DNA from: the human T2T-CHM13v2.0 reference genome, Homo sapiens
Strand: one strand, 5' to 3'
Assembly (NCBI RefSeq): GCF_009914755.1
Contig: NC_060927.1
DNA length: 64,000 nucleotides
The notes beneath the pieces are model-generated. The model saw only the letters and a list, made by a program, of their open reading frames with translations. It was not told the DNA's origin and searched no databases. Each line of letters begins with the position of its first letter. Within the stretch, counting starts at the first letter, position 1. Below, one piece after another: positions 41,201 through 54,586 of the stretch. The position numbers were made by a program, and so were the translations under genes.

Positions 41201-44200
41201 ACTACTCACACAAATAACTTTCAAAGGGTTATTTAAAATTTAAAAAAGTAGGTGGAGAAATAACACACACACATAAATTTTCTAATATTAGCATCAGGCT
41301 TGGGAGTCTACTTTTATTTTGATTTCAATTCTTACCTATGTTTAAATACTATAAAGTTCTTGTAAATTATTTTATCCCCTTTGCTGCTTTTGAATGTCAC
41401 TAAAAAATGGCTTCCCCTCAACCTGCACTCTGTAACTGCAAAGGCAAGTATTTTCTGACTTTAAGAAACGCTTTGAAGAAGAGGAAGCCAAATTATAATA
41501 CGACTTCGGTCATTTTGATAAAGAGACTTGAGTCCTGTTTCAGGAAGCATTTACAGGAAGCAAAATATTATTTAAATAAAAAATACTATTTGTTTTAAAA
41601 CTAACTTTTCTAAGCTACTTAAAGTACCATTAAATATCAAATCTAAATAATGAGAGACTAAAATGTGAAATGATTGATGTTACTAAAGGTTATTATTAAA
41701 GAAGTAAAATTCTTAACAAATTGTCAAGATTTTGGTAAAAGAGGGAACTAAGAGTGATAAAATGCAATGAAGAAAGGAGTACTAAATATCATAAACTACA
41801 TATGGATGAGGAGGAAGAAAAAGGGAAATCAAAGAAAAAGAAACTCAGTCTGGTAATGGCAAACAAGTAAAGATATGTCTTTCGAGTTTCCAAAATGGCT
41901 ACTACCCAATGAACATGTTGCCATTTCAGATTAACATGTTATTTTTTAAATTACATATAAGTTCATATACAGATGAACAATAGTCACATATTTTGTGAAA
42001 ACAGATATTTCTTCTTCTGCTGTTACCACATTCCTTGGGTATTTTATTCTACTCTAATACTGAGTTGCATCAGCAATAACATTTTTATTTAAAGATAACT
42101 TAATACCAGAATTAACAATTTTTCACCTAATGACAGCCAGTATTTGAAAGCAATAGAATAATTATATTATGGGAACTATGTTTTGCTTATTGAATATCTC
42201 TGATATTACTAACTCCATGTTATTTTTTTCAGTTGAACTTCCAATAGTGGAATTCATTTTATTCCAATAATCAAATAATCATTTTATTATTAGGTGTCAG
42301 AAAGTATTTTTTAATCTGCTTTTTTTCATCAGAACTGACAGGATAAACCTTAAAAATGAACTGAAAAATATCTATGAATATTTCACTTTAGCCAAAGCTA
42401 TACTAAAAATTGTATCTGCAAAGATATAAAATCCTTAAAACATTCAAAAACATAAGTATTGGTATTAAGAGAGAAACAAGCTGTCCTTTTATAGCGTGTA
42501 CTGCAATTTTGTCATAAAAATGAATAGTATTGAAACTTCAAGCTTATAAAAAGATAGCTAATAAATTTTTATTCTTTTCATAGGTTGAAAATCTATTGTT
42601 CAGATACCACAATGATAATAATGAAAGAACTACATGCTTACCCAGGCTTCATGCATTAAACCGATTTATTTGTTTGTTTTTCAGATTGTACAAATTCAGG
42701 CAGAGTAATTAAGGACTCAAATATTTCAACTTGAAGTATTATTAAGAGGGTGGCCTTCAAGTAAAACTTAAATTACGATTATTTTTAACCAATTTTTGGT
42801 ATATATTATGTGCATTTTAGCTTAGAATATTGACTCTAAAAACGGAGGAGATAATACATTCAGAAATAGAAAAATTTATTTGATTGGAAAGCTGATTTTA
42901 TTAACATTTTCAAAGTTATAATTTTGTTTTAAAAACTTTTCCCTAAAAACATTTTTAAAATGTCAATATTGTGATAAAATAATTCTTAATATATATTATC
43001 TTCTCATTAGATTTTAAATTTATGTATCTTTTGGTGTACAAAACTTTTTTTTGTAAAATTGAATATCTGTTATATTAAAAATAGTAAGCTGTAATGGAGA
43101 TTCAAATAACACATTTTATTTTAACTATATAATCATTTCATTATGTTTTCTCTTACATTGTGGCTTTAAAAATTTTGATGATGGTAATTATTAGTGTAAT
43201 TTAAAATATAGAAAATTAAAAAAATTTATTAAATAATTAAGATTAGATAATTAGGAATTTTAATTACTTTATAATATACTACTCAATTTTTCAGTATTTT
43301 GAATGCATTGAAAAAAATAAGATGCACCAATATCTACTAAGAAAATATGATGAGGGTTATCTTTCCAAACATGCATTATCAGACTGATTCTATACTTTCT
43401 CAAACATTTTAGAATTTTTCTCCATATAACATAGTTATTATTGTTAATAAAAATGAGTTATTATTAACTTATCAAAAGCTGATTCTATTGAAGCATATAT
43501 TTCAATTTTAATTAGTACCTGAATAAAATAAAATTTGGACAAATACATAATTTTATATTCACAAGTTGGAACAAAAATATTTAGTCTTTAATGAATAAGG
43601 TAGATAAGCAGGAGAAAGAATTATATATAACAACATTCATCCAATATTTTAATTAAGCTGCTCTACGTACATAGAGTACTTTGGCCGAAAACATTCCTGA
43701 GAAGTCAATGTTAGAATTCTTTACTCATATTATCATTGTAGATATACTTCAAGATGATCACAACTGATAAACAAATACCGTGCTCTGTAAGGTGGAAAGG
43801 AAATTTGATCATGTAGAAATTATCCACCAAAGTCAGCTATTTTATGATAAATTTAGATGTTGTATGATTGCTTTAAATAACAATAGAAAAAATGATTCAA
43901 AATTTTGGAAGCAGAATGGGAGAGCAGGAGGAAAGGAAACATTCTCAAGTGCTTCATTTGGTTCAAGTGACAATGACATATCAAGTAAGCGTATTATTCA
44001 TCAAACATTTTTTTTGTTATAAAAAGTTCATTTCATTAATAAGTTTTCATTTGTTGTTTCACTATTTCCTGAATGCAAAGGCATGGTTAAAAATCCAGAA
44101 TAATATGTAGCTTTGATGAATTAACTTAGAACCAATTTGATGAACTTTTTTGCTATGCATTTGTTAGAAATGAAAAGACTATAGTACTTACAGAATACAA

Positions 44201-44379
44201 TTGCTGGATTCTTAATTTTGCACAGTAAATCTTAAACAGATCTGTTTTTTTTTTGAATATTATTCTTAACCATAGAGCTCTTGTCAATTCTGTTTTTTTC
44301 TTAATAAAAAGTTGCTTTCAAAACACTAAACATTTTTTAAAAACTGAAAACCTTATTATGAATTTGTTAACTGCATTTT

Positions 44380-44490
44380 AAAGTGCAAGAAGATTTAGAG
44401 GTTATCTAATCCCATCCCTATTATTTTCCTTGAGAGACAACTGAGGCTAGAGGAATTAAATAATTTGTTCAAATTGCATAGCTACTTAAA
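44380..44490 (-). mobile_element. MIR fragment
   Basis: 'ttagaggttatctaatccc...aactgaggctagaggaattaaataatttgttcaaattgcatagcta'. Confidence 0.7.
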
Positions 44491-44662
44491 GGCACTTAGA
44501 GGATTTTCATCTCAAGAAATTTAGAAAAAGAATGATACCCTGTAGTATCCATTTCCTTCAACTTTTCTAATTAGAATTACTCTGAACTGTGAAGCTACAA
44601 AAGCTCTAAGAAAACATTGATGTCTTCTTGAAGACAAACTAGTAAAGCTTTATGTATATAAA

Positions 44663-44664
<2 letters not shown>

Positions 44665-44710
<46 letters not shown>

Positions 44711-44725
44711 CGCGCGCGCTCGCGC
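44665..44725. repeat. (TG)18-(CG)n compound microsatellite
   Basis: (TG)18 followed by cgcgcgcgtgcgcgcgcgc and tcgcgc. Confidence 0.97.
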
Positions 44726-47700
44726 TGTGTCCTGTGTATTTCTGGGGATGAGTGGACATATCCAATTTATTTTCTCAGTCAACTTGTTTTACCTATAAGT
44801 ATAAATAACAAATATTTCATGTTGTTGGCCTATTTTGCAGCTTAATGCCCTTTTTTATTAGGAATTTGCTTTTTATTCTTTCAGAAAATGCCTCATCTGA
44901 AAAACCACAAGAAATGAGATTAAAAAGCAGAAAGAAAGCATATATCCAGTAACTTTAATAATAAAGCACCAGAACTGTATACTTCAGCTATTCTGATGAT
45001 TGTTTTGAAAAATGAAAAATTATCTCAGAGCAACGTGGTAAAACTTCACTGTATATTGTGATTCCCCTGTTGTAACCATGGCTGATGCCAACACATGTTC
45101 TGCATAAGTAGAGAAACAAAAATTGAACTCAAAATGCCCCAAGAGTATTGTCCTTCATAACACCCTGGTGTCCCGTGTGTGGCTGAATGAATAACAAATG
45201 ACTGAGCTATTAAGATACTAAACAAAAGTCATCTAGGCCCATAATATTGATGTAATAGCATCTCAATACTGTATTTGCTTTCAATAGTTTGTGTAGAATA
45301 AATTTTTCTATCTAAAAAAGAAATCAAACTGAGCTTGGTGGTAATTGCTTCAGGAATTTTATAAAAAGGGAGTCCAGCTGTAAGTCTTTTTCGTAGTTAC
45401 ACATGTTTAGTATGACAGGTATATTAACAACTATGTGATTGTGCAACTTCCTACTTTATTTTTTACAAGGTCTAGTTCTAGATGTTGATGTTAGTCTTTA
45501 TGAGTTTAGCTTCTTCATCATTAACTACCAAATTTACAACTAATATGGAATCCATCCAATAGTTGATATATAAAGCATTTATGGCTGTACACCCAGATCT
45601 CTTTCAGCACGATTAAAATCAGATTTTCAAGTTGCTTTGAGAGAGCTTGAATTAAGAACACTCAAGTTTACTATATAAGCGTATATAAGTGTATATTTTC
45701 TTTCTCCACAGAGTCGTGATCATGAGGGAGTTTATCATTGTCATTCCTAATGTCAACTCTGGTCCAGGTGATGTGTTTGTTGTACACATAAGTGTGTTAT
45801 ATGTGGGGTTGTGCCCACAGGGATATAGTAAAATGAACCATACTACTCTGTTTTCATCATATTTCATAAATATCCAAATTATAGAGACATAATAAAAGGT
45901 AAACAAAGATTCTCCCATTGCTCAACATTTATAATAGTTCATCTATGTTTCAACATAGTGGCCCTCGCTACCATGAATATTTTCTATAATATAGTATTTG
46001 AGATGCATTGATGTACTCAGATTCTAGAAGTCCCAAGAAAGCTGCATCAATTTACATAGTGCAGGCAGATGTGATGTGAGCACCACATTATATGCATGTA
46101 ATTTTGTATATTTCCAATCCCTCTTTATGTTAGAAAAAGCATCCTAGTTTAATGTTATTGAATTATTACTTAGGCTCCAGATTCACTTTAGAAATATTTT
46201 TATAGAGAGAAAATATTTTTTCACTCAAATTAACACATATAAAATAGAAAGAATAAGGCACATAAAGGCCATGGGCTGCATTTTGCAGGGGATAGGTTCT
46301 GGTTGAATGAGATCTGGGATGTGTGCCAAATTAATAGAAAAAATCCTGTTCTTCCTCTCCAATAGCCACAATGTTCATTATTAAAAAAAAAGCATACGAA
46401 CCACAGGATTTGATTTTAATAACACCAATGTCTTCATTAATCTGTACGTTCCATTTAGCCTCATTATTGAGCAAATGTTGAATTAATGCAGTATACATTA
46501 TTGTTGGATTTTCCTTGCAAAACCTCTTTTCTCTCTTTTATCATTCATTCAGAGACCATCATGCGTATGTCATGTTTTTACACAGGCCTGAAGCCCTCAG
46601 AAATTGAACTCAAAATTCTTCCATCTAGTCTAGGAGAAGACTTTAGGTTTGAGAAATCTACAAAGGGGTGTGAGAAACAGAACTGCAGATTCCCATTCAA
46701 AACCATAACTATTTTTCTGTCTTTTTAATGCTGTCATGTCAAGACACCTGCAACTGAGATGATATTTCCTCGATGGTCTCTGGGCCTCCTTCTAAATCAA
46801 GAGTGGTGATAGCCAACACTGCTTTGTATCTGCGAAACAAATAGTGGCCTTTGTCCAGCACAAGTCCCTAAACAAACTTAATCTCTCTAACACTGTGACA
46901 GATGACATTTAGATGTCCTTGTTACCCTTAAAATGAGTTTTATTGACAATCAGAGAACAAAAAGAAGGCCCAGATAAAGCCCAATGTTTTATAGGCTTGC
47001 TAACAACATCTTAGTCCAGAGGGTGAGGAGAAAGCCTGAAGTTGCCCCCATTTTCCCCTGCTTTGCTATATCACCATGACAACAGATATAGAAATCACTT
47101 AGTGACTCCTAGAAAGAAAACACAGTGACACAGTACCCCTTGTATGGCGAATCAAACTAAAGCCTTCATTCAAATGGCTATTCAGCTTGGGCATTCATGT
47201 AGAGGATAGGGTGGATTTTACACAGGTAACTACAAGAGAAAGGCCAGCAAGCCCTCCAGCCACAGCATATGGCAAAGTCTCTGTCTAATTAATGCATCCT
47301 CAATAGAATTTATCCATTTTAAATTTGTTTTCTTTTACTTGAAACATCATTAATGTAAAGGGCAACATTAATCAACATCATGGAACTTAAAAGGGCATTA
47401 AAGAGTGATCTTTTTCCCTATGCAACAAGAATCTTTTCAAGTAGTTGTGTTAACTGCAGCAGATTCAAGGCACATTCTGAGTTTGTAATCAGAAGGCAAA
47501 TCTAGAGAGGCCTCTACTGGCGAATCTGTCTCTGTGCAGTTGTCCTTGCGGAACTGCCCTGGAAAAACAAGCAGGAGAATGACTTTCGGCTTTTTTTTAT
47601 TGGAAAGTTGCACACCAGATGGATGACCAATGAATATACTGTATAAAACATTGAATAATGGCATTCACACTTTTGAAGCTGTCATATCTAACTGCTTATT

Positions 47701-50483
47701 CTCAGGTAATAAAAGGACCCTCAAGCTCTGATGTATGAGCTGCTTGGACTCAAAGAGATGTTTTAAGATTATTCAACAAAGAAATAACAGGTAATCTTTT
47801 TTTTCTTTGTACATAACGCTCCCATTCAAGTTTAAGATTTAAAACTATTTTGATATGAAATTGTATTTCTTGACATTGTTTGTTGGGGAGGCACACTGTT
47901 CACACACATATCCATATATCTCCCACAACCAACTAAAAACTGAAATAAAATCTTTAGATGAAACTAAAGTGCCCATGAAATATTTTGATTAATCAAAAAG
48001 CGAAAGTTTACTGCTAAGATTTCCTAGGAAATGTGAACAAAATATAGTCCCCTCAAGTGATATTTAACCTGAAAATATCATTGCACTATATTTTCATGAA
48101 ATTAGGCTGAAAATAGCTTCACTGCTTTGTGAAGTCACTTTTGGGGGAAAAAAAGTAAAGATTTAATTTTTCCATGAGAAGTTGAAAGTTATTTAATATT
48201 TCCTAGGATGAAGATACTTATGATGTCTCTATATAAGGAAGCTCAGGGACTTTTCTCTTTGAAAAAAGAAAACCTGACTCCATAAATGTCTTTGTTCAAG
48301 TGTGGAATATTATGGTAACACTACATGCAATCTTGAAACTTTTCAAAAGGCAAAACCCTAATCCTCTTGTTTTACAACATTTTTATATCCAATATTTTTG
48401 AAATCTGATCATACCGAAATACTATTCAAATTACATTTATTCTCTTATATCTTTCAAAAATTCCATGAGTTATTTTTTGCTGTAATATCTGATATCTCAG
48501 GGTCCCTTGCCAGCATATTGTTAGTAGGGTCATTTCACATTTCAAATGTGTATTTCAAATGTTTAGTTGAGATTTTGAGATAAATTTGACCAAGTAACTT
48601 TTCACAGGGTGGTTTGGTTAGCATGGCTCAGTAAATTACCTTTGGATCATACAGGTAATTCTTGATCTTAAAATTAAATTCTGTTAGATGGCTTGAGATC
48701 ACTACCTTTTAGTCCCAGTAGTGACACCTACTGGTAAAAAGAGAACAAAAAATAGTTTTAGCTTTCTTTCTGCTGTTTTAGAGAATCTTAACCAGGGACT
48801 CTGTTGTTAATAAATGTACCTTATTTACGATTTGTTTTCAGGTCTTTAAAATACAACTCTACATTACCAAAAACTAATTAGTGAGGGGGAAAACCCAAAC
48901 AGAATAATGCAGGTATTTAATAAGGAAAAAGAAAAAAAACTTACTAGCAGAGGAGTATAGTAAAACTTAACACCAAATAGTGTAGAGAATATGTAATTAC
49001 AATCTTTTGAGTTTTTATATATTGTAGAAAATGAGAAGCCAAGCTTTAGCAATAGTTTTTCTGAAAATGCCACATTTCCCAGTTAGAACTGGAAGATGAA
49101 AAGGTCAAAATGCTGTAAAAAAATTACTTAACATTTTTTTGTTTCCACAAATGTTTATTAAATGTTCTATATTTAAGAAAGAGCAAAGTCAATCCAGGAA
49201 AAAAAGAAGAATATATGCTTGATAGCAACCCAATTGTCAATAATCTTTGAGGATTTATGCTAATTTAACCAGAAATGCTCTTTCAGAACACGGATTTATC
49301 ACATGTCATAGAACATTGAAGTCACATTAGAATGTGGTTAATTTCTCCACTGAGCTAGAAGCACATGGTTTGCAGAACATTGGCTACAGTAAGAACATAC
49401 TCTGCATCAGAGAGGGTTCAACATTAACAACGTCTGTAAAAACAGAATCACAGCTGTCAAGAAGAGGTATGATCTTTATTTCTCCTAGAAGCTTCAGTGA
49501 AGCTCCTCTTTAAATTACATTTGCTCTTAATTTATAATATTATGACACTACACATTCCAGTTTTTCATAAAGCACATGAAGTCTTATTTAATAAGAAACT
49601 GTTTTAGATAATTATCTGAAGACCCATATAAAACTTGTATAGTCTTTTTTTGACTGCTAAGTAATTCACTTGTTAAACTATAAAACACAGCATCAATAAT
49701 TTTAGAATTTTACAGTCATATGAGATAAAAATGGCAGACTGGAAAGAAATACATTTCAACCCAGGTTTAATTGGAATGAGCCTTTTTATCAAAATGCTCC
49801 TAATATTTCTTTTAGGAAACTCTAGGTCTTTGTTAATATTTCAGCTTACAAAGAAAATACAGCTATCAGTATCCCAAAATATTGTTTTGCCTTGGGGATT
49901 GTGGTCAGGTATATAGTAAGGCAGAGAATCATTTAATCCATGATACACACTTGTGACTACTTTTGTGATATCACTGAAAGGAAATGTGTGAAAATGTCAC
50001 AAATTACTCAGCAGACAGTTAGCTATATTGGTGTCTTTGAAACCATGTTTGGCTCTGCTGTGTGCTTTTGTTTGTACAACTTGAGCACATGCTTCAAAAT
50101 GTCATCCAAATTACAAGCATGCAAGGAATGAAGTATTACTTCTCTATCAATTTCAGAAGCATACTACTTTTATTTCATTAAATAGCTTATCAGCCAATCA
50201 CACTTGGTAAAATCATGAAATTCCTTTCTTACATTTTTTGCAGGAGATATTCTATGTTGTTATTTATGATCTAAAATAAATCTTCAAATTTGTTTATGAT
50301 GGTAAATATGGGAAAACAAAGGACTTTTAAAAATCATGTAAATTACAACATAAAAATCTGAAAGCACAACATTTATACAAAATCATTTGGCCAACTTGCT
50401 GGCAATTAAGTTGGGATACAATGTGCTCAGGGTGAAAACAAGATCAGAAATTAAAACAAAGTAGCCAGAAAAAATTGGAAAAG

Positions 50484-50511
50484 TTTTGGTTTTGGTTTTG
50501 GTTTTGGTTTT
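50484..50511. repeat. (GTTTTG)n hexamer repeat
   Basis: 'ttttggttttggttttggttttggtttt'. Confidence 0.9.
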
Positions 50512-50886
50512 CCTGAGTACCTGGACCTGCAATTCAGCTGATCATTAAACACAACCAGAAAGAAAGGCTCTATTTTGCCTTTAGAGAGTTCATCCAGAGA
50601 CTGCACAAGGGATTTGTACAGAATAAAGCCTCACAAAACCCAAGGGCTGTCAGAGGGAAATGGTATCCAGGAGGACAGGGCAGGCCAAGCATCCTCTCAA
50701 CAGCAAAGCCACACAAGAGAGCCAGAGGCAGCACTGCGACTGCCAACACAACTGCCTATTACGTCTGCCAAGGAGCCAGAAGCCGCTTGTGGGAAAATAT
50801 CACTTACCCTTAGCATCTGGGTCCTGTGATTGTTATCCAAAGAGACAGAGTGGTAAGATATAGTGGGATAAACAGCATCCCATTAA

Positions 50887-50906
50887 ACACACACGTACAC
50901 ACACGT

Positions 50907-50938
<32 letters not shown>
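50887..50938. repeat. Interrupted (CA)n microsatellite
   Basis: Read directly from the sequence. Confidence 0.95.
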
Positions 50939-50941
<3 letters not shown>

Positions 50942-52042
50942 ATCTTTCTGGGTAAAGAGAGAGATAAGCCATACATGGATTTGGATTAGACTTTCTGTAG
51001 TTGGAATTCTTTTAAATCAGATTTATTCTATATATTCATATTTAGTTACATATTCAGTTATATACTCATATTTCATAATGAGATTGGCTTTAGTAATTAC
51101 TTCTCACTAATAGTTTTGGTCGGTAAAAAACAAGATTTTAGTTGTATTTGTGGCTATTTGATGTGCATAGTCCACTATGAAATTTTTATTTTCTTGGAGT
51201 AATTGGTTATAGCTGGCTGATAGGATTATTCAAAAATTAAATATTGATTATGAATAAACTAAAACAAGCTATGCTTTGATGTTAAACTTTTTTTCTTTTT
51301 CTTTTCTGGTGTTGTGTCACTATTTTTAAGAGGCCAACTTCCAAAATATATACTCATAAAATAACTGATAAATTCTTATTAAACATGTGCTATACTATAA
51401 GCATGTGATATATATATATCATTATATAATAGATATAACTATGACATATATAACGTTACTTATGTATAGTATATTATATATATTTCAGTTTGATAAAGTC
51501 CCTTCTAAAATATACACTTTCAATTTACATCTGAATGAATCTTCTTGAAGTTTCCAAATGTGGCAATCTGATTGTATATATTCACTCTGCACCAAAAAAT
51601 GAGGATGAAGGGGAGGGAAAATCTAGAGAATTACAGATTGGAGACACCTTGTGGTTAATGTAAAGGTTTTAATTCATTCTTATGTAGAGAATTTGAAGAT
51701 CATTATTACTGCAGAAAGTAATAGCCTTCTGTTTTTGAGTCTTCAGTAAAAGGGTAAGAAAAGTAGTTTTCATTTTAAATATTCTGCTCTGATACCAAGA
51801 ACAGAAAGTAATGCAGTTTTAAGTGTCAACAGCAATATAATGTACCCAAAGAGAAATTGTTTTATATTTTATTTTATAATGTCAATTCTATTGTACAGTT
51901 TAATGGAGAGCATTTGGAATAACAATCCCATTTATGTACACAGTGGATTTATTATTAAAACTCATGCTTTGCAGGAATAAAATTAAAATTTCAGTGGCAT
52001 TTAGTGAGTAAAAAAATGTGTATTTCAAGGTCATAAAATCTA

Positions 52043-52122
52043 TTATATTGGTGCAAAAGTAATTGCACTTTTTGCCATTACTTTTAATTGCCAAAATCGC
52101 AATTACTTTTGCACCAACCTAA
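52043..52122. mobile_element. MADE1 (Hsmar1-derived MITE), full length 80 bp
   Basis: 'ttatattggtgcaaaagtaattgcactttttgccattacttttaattgccaaaatcgcaattacttttgcaccaacctaa' is a near-palindrome flanked by TA on both sides. Confidence 0.95.
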
Positions 52123-54542
52123 TAGTTGCTTATTTGTGCATGTTATGTGAGATAAGGCATATGGAGCAGTATATGCCATAATATGCATAATAACATGCAC
52201 TTGATTACTTATAAACATGTTTCGCATGTGCATAAAATATATTACACGGACGTTTAATTTTTTAATTTATATAAATAGCAAAGTAACTTAGGTATGTTTA
52301 TCATCGAATGCCAACATGAATACAATGTTCAAAAGAGATAAAAATTTTGTGGAAGTGCAAAACCACATGGTAAACAATTGATATGTTTTTGTTTATTTTT
52401 CTTGTTTGTCATTACCACACACACAAAGAAATTTGATTCTAATTGATAACCTTTTGACGAATAGATTATTTTCTGATACCAAATAATTCTCAAATTGATT
52501 CAAATTTAGTTCCATTTTTACAGCATTTTTATGTAAACTAGATAATAATGATGAAAAGTGTTTCTTTTATATTGCTTCTCTATGTAATGGTGGAAGAGCC
52601 TGTGAATTCAATTCAATGAGGCTCAATTATGGGAATGAGGAAGAAGATAAGGGAATAAATAGATTCTAAACATTTTATTTCATTTAAAAATTTAAAATGC
52701 TCAATTGAAATGTGAAATATTTCTCCAATATTTATAAATACATAAATAACTTATGAATATGTGCAAAAAATCAATAAGAATTTATGAAAAGTTTTTGGGC
52801 TATGTGTTGTTTCATTTCCCACAAGGGAAACTAACAGCCCCAGAAAGATGTGAATAAAATCAGAACTACTTTCTCTAGGCCATTTAAATGATTACACTCT
52901 AAAACTAGAACCTGAAATGCAAATGTTTAATTTTATGACCAAACTACTTTTACATATTTGTTGCATTTGTTATATCTTTTCCTTGAAGCTCTTGTTTATT
53001 TCCTTATCTAGTTGCCTTTTTCCCATTTCATTTCTAATCCCGAAGGTTTGCAGTTTCAATTTTCATTATTTTATTATATTTATACCATGCCTTTAATCTT
53101 TAATAGTTTTTTTTTAAGTTTAGTTGGTTTATTAACCCACAAGTTTAATTAGGTATTCTGTAACACCACAAAATGTAGGCCTAGGATATACTATTATATA
53201 CAAAAGCATTTCATGTAAGTCAGTGTATTAAGACTGTTAAATTTCAACTTATTATAATTACACATGGCAGAACCATTTAACCCTTTATGATCTTTACATA
53301 TTAAATTGTGAAAAAAGAAACCGTACTCATTTATTAAAGCCAACAAGGTTTACAGCCTTAACTAAATGTTACATAGTCATGAGTCCCAGAGATTTATTTT
53401 TTCCATAAGATAGCAACTGAAGTTACAGAGGACAAGTTATCCTCTCATTCTCTGTGTTAATCCTGTGTTCTTTACAACTGTCCAAATTGTATAAGAATTT
53501 GCTTATAATGATGTTATATGATGTCCTTGTTGTGATACCTGCATTTCTGGAGAACTTAATATTGATTTACTGTGTCTTTTGCCCATCTTTGAGCAGCCTA
53601 GATAGCAATTACAGCTGTTGGTGGTATCTATTTTGTCTTTTCATAATTGTCATTTCATGTTCTACTTAAGATTAAAATATGAAAATTGTACCACGTGCAC
53701 ATCAACAGTGCATTAACCAAGTTATCAGCGATATCTGTGAAACACTATGATTTAACCATGGTTCTTTACATTGCTCCTTCATTTTATTTACGAAAATTGC
53801 ATGCTACAATATAAACTTGAACAAGAAATACATTCAAAGGTGAGCCTCCCTGACATCAAGTCCTCATCAGGATCATTACTATCTTCCTAAGAAATCCATG
53901 GGACTTTCCCAGTACCTGCTTGCCTCTGCCAAATGCTTTCTCCCCTTCAGACTGGGATTTCAGATAAGCAGGGGCTGCTTTGTTTTTCTTCAGCTCTTAC
54001 TTTAAAAGAGCCTTCACAGTTTTTGAGCTTTCTCTACTATTCTAATTTCAATCCACATTTCACATAGAATATGGAATTTTATACAAGGAAAATCGTGTTT
54101 AAAAGTTATACAGCAGATTTGAAATTTCTTATTTATTACAAATAGGTCTACCAGGTATAGATTTCTTCAAAGCACTGTTAAGAGCTGTACCAAAATTGAA
54201 AACTGTCTTATTTGAAGACGAAATACACTTAATGTGGGGCACAGAGACAGAAGGAGATGACATTGCCTGGGCTCCTCTCATTAGGAAGTGTATCACACAG
54301 AAGCTGTAAAATAATTTTAAAATTTTAAGAGGAGAAATTATTTTGCAACTAATTTGGAATTTTTTTTCCTGGTCAATTTATATAAAACATGCAGTTGAAA
54401 TCACTAAAACACATTATGATTCTATCTTGACTTAACAAGTTTGAACTGCTCAAGAAAGATTTTTTTGTGTTGCACAGTGAAAATAAATATTAAATATCAA
54501 GATGAAACTGAATATTTGAATACCCTCCCAAGCACATTCCCC

Positions 54543-54545
<3 letters not shown>

Positions 54546-54583
<38 letters not shown>
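54546..54583. repeat. (AC)n microsatellite, about 19 units
   Basis: Read directly from the sequence. Confidence 0.97.
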
Positions 54584-54586
<3 letters not shown>

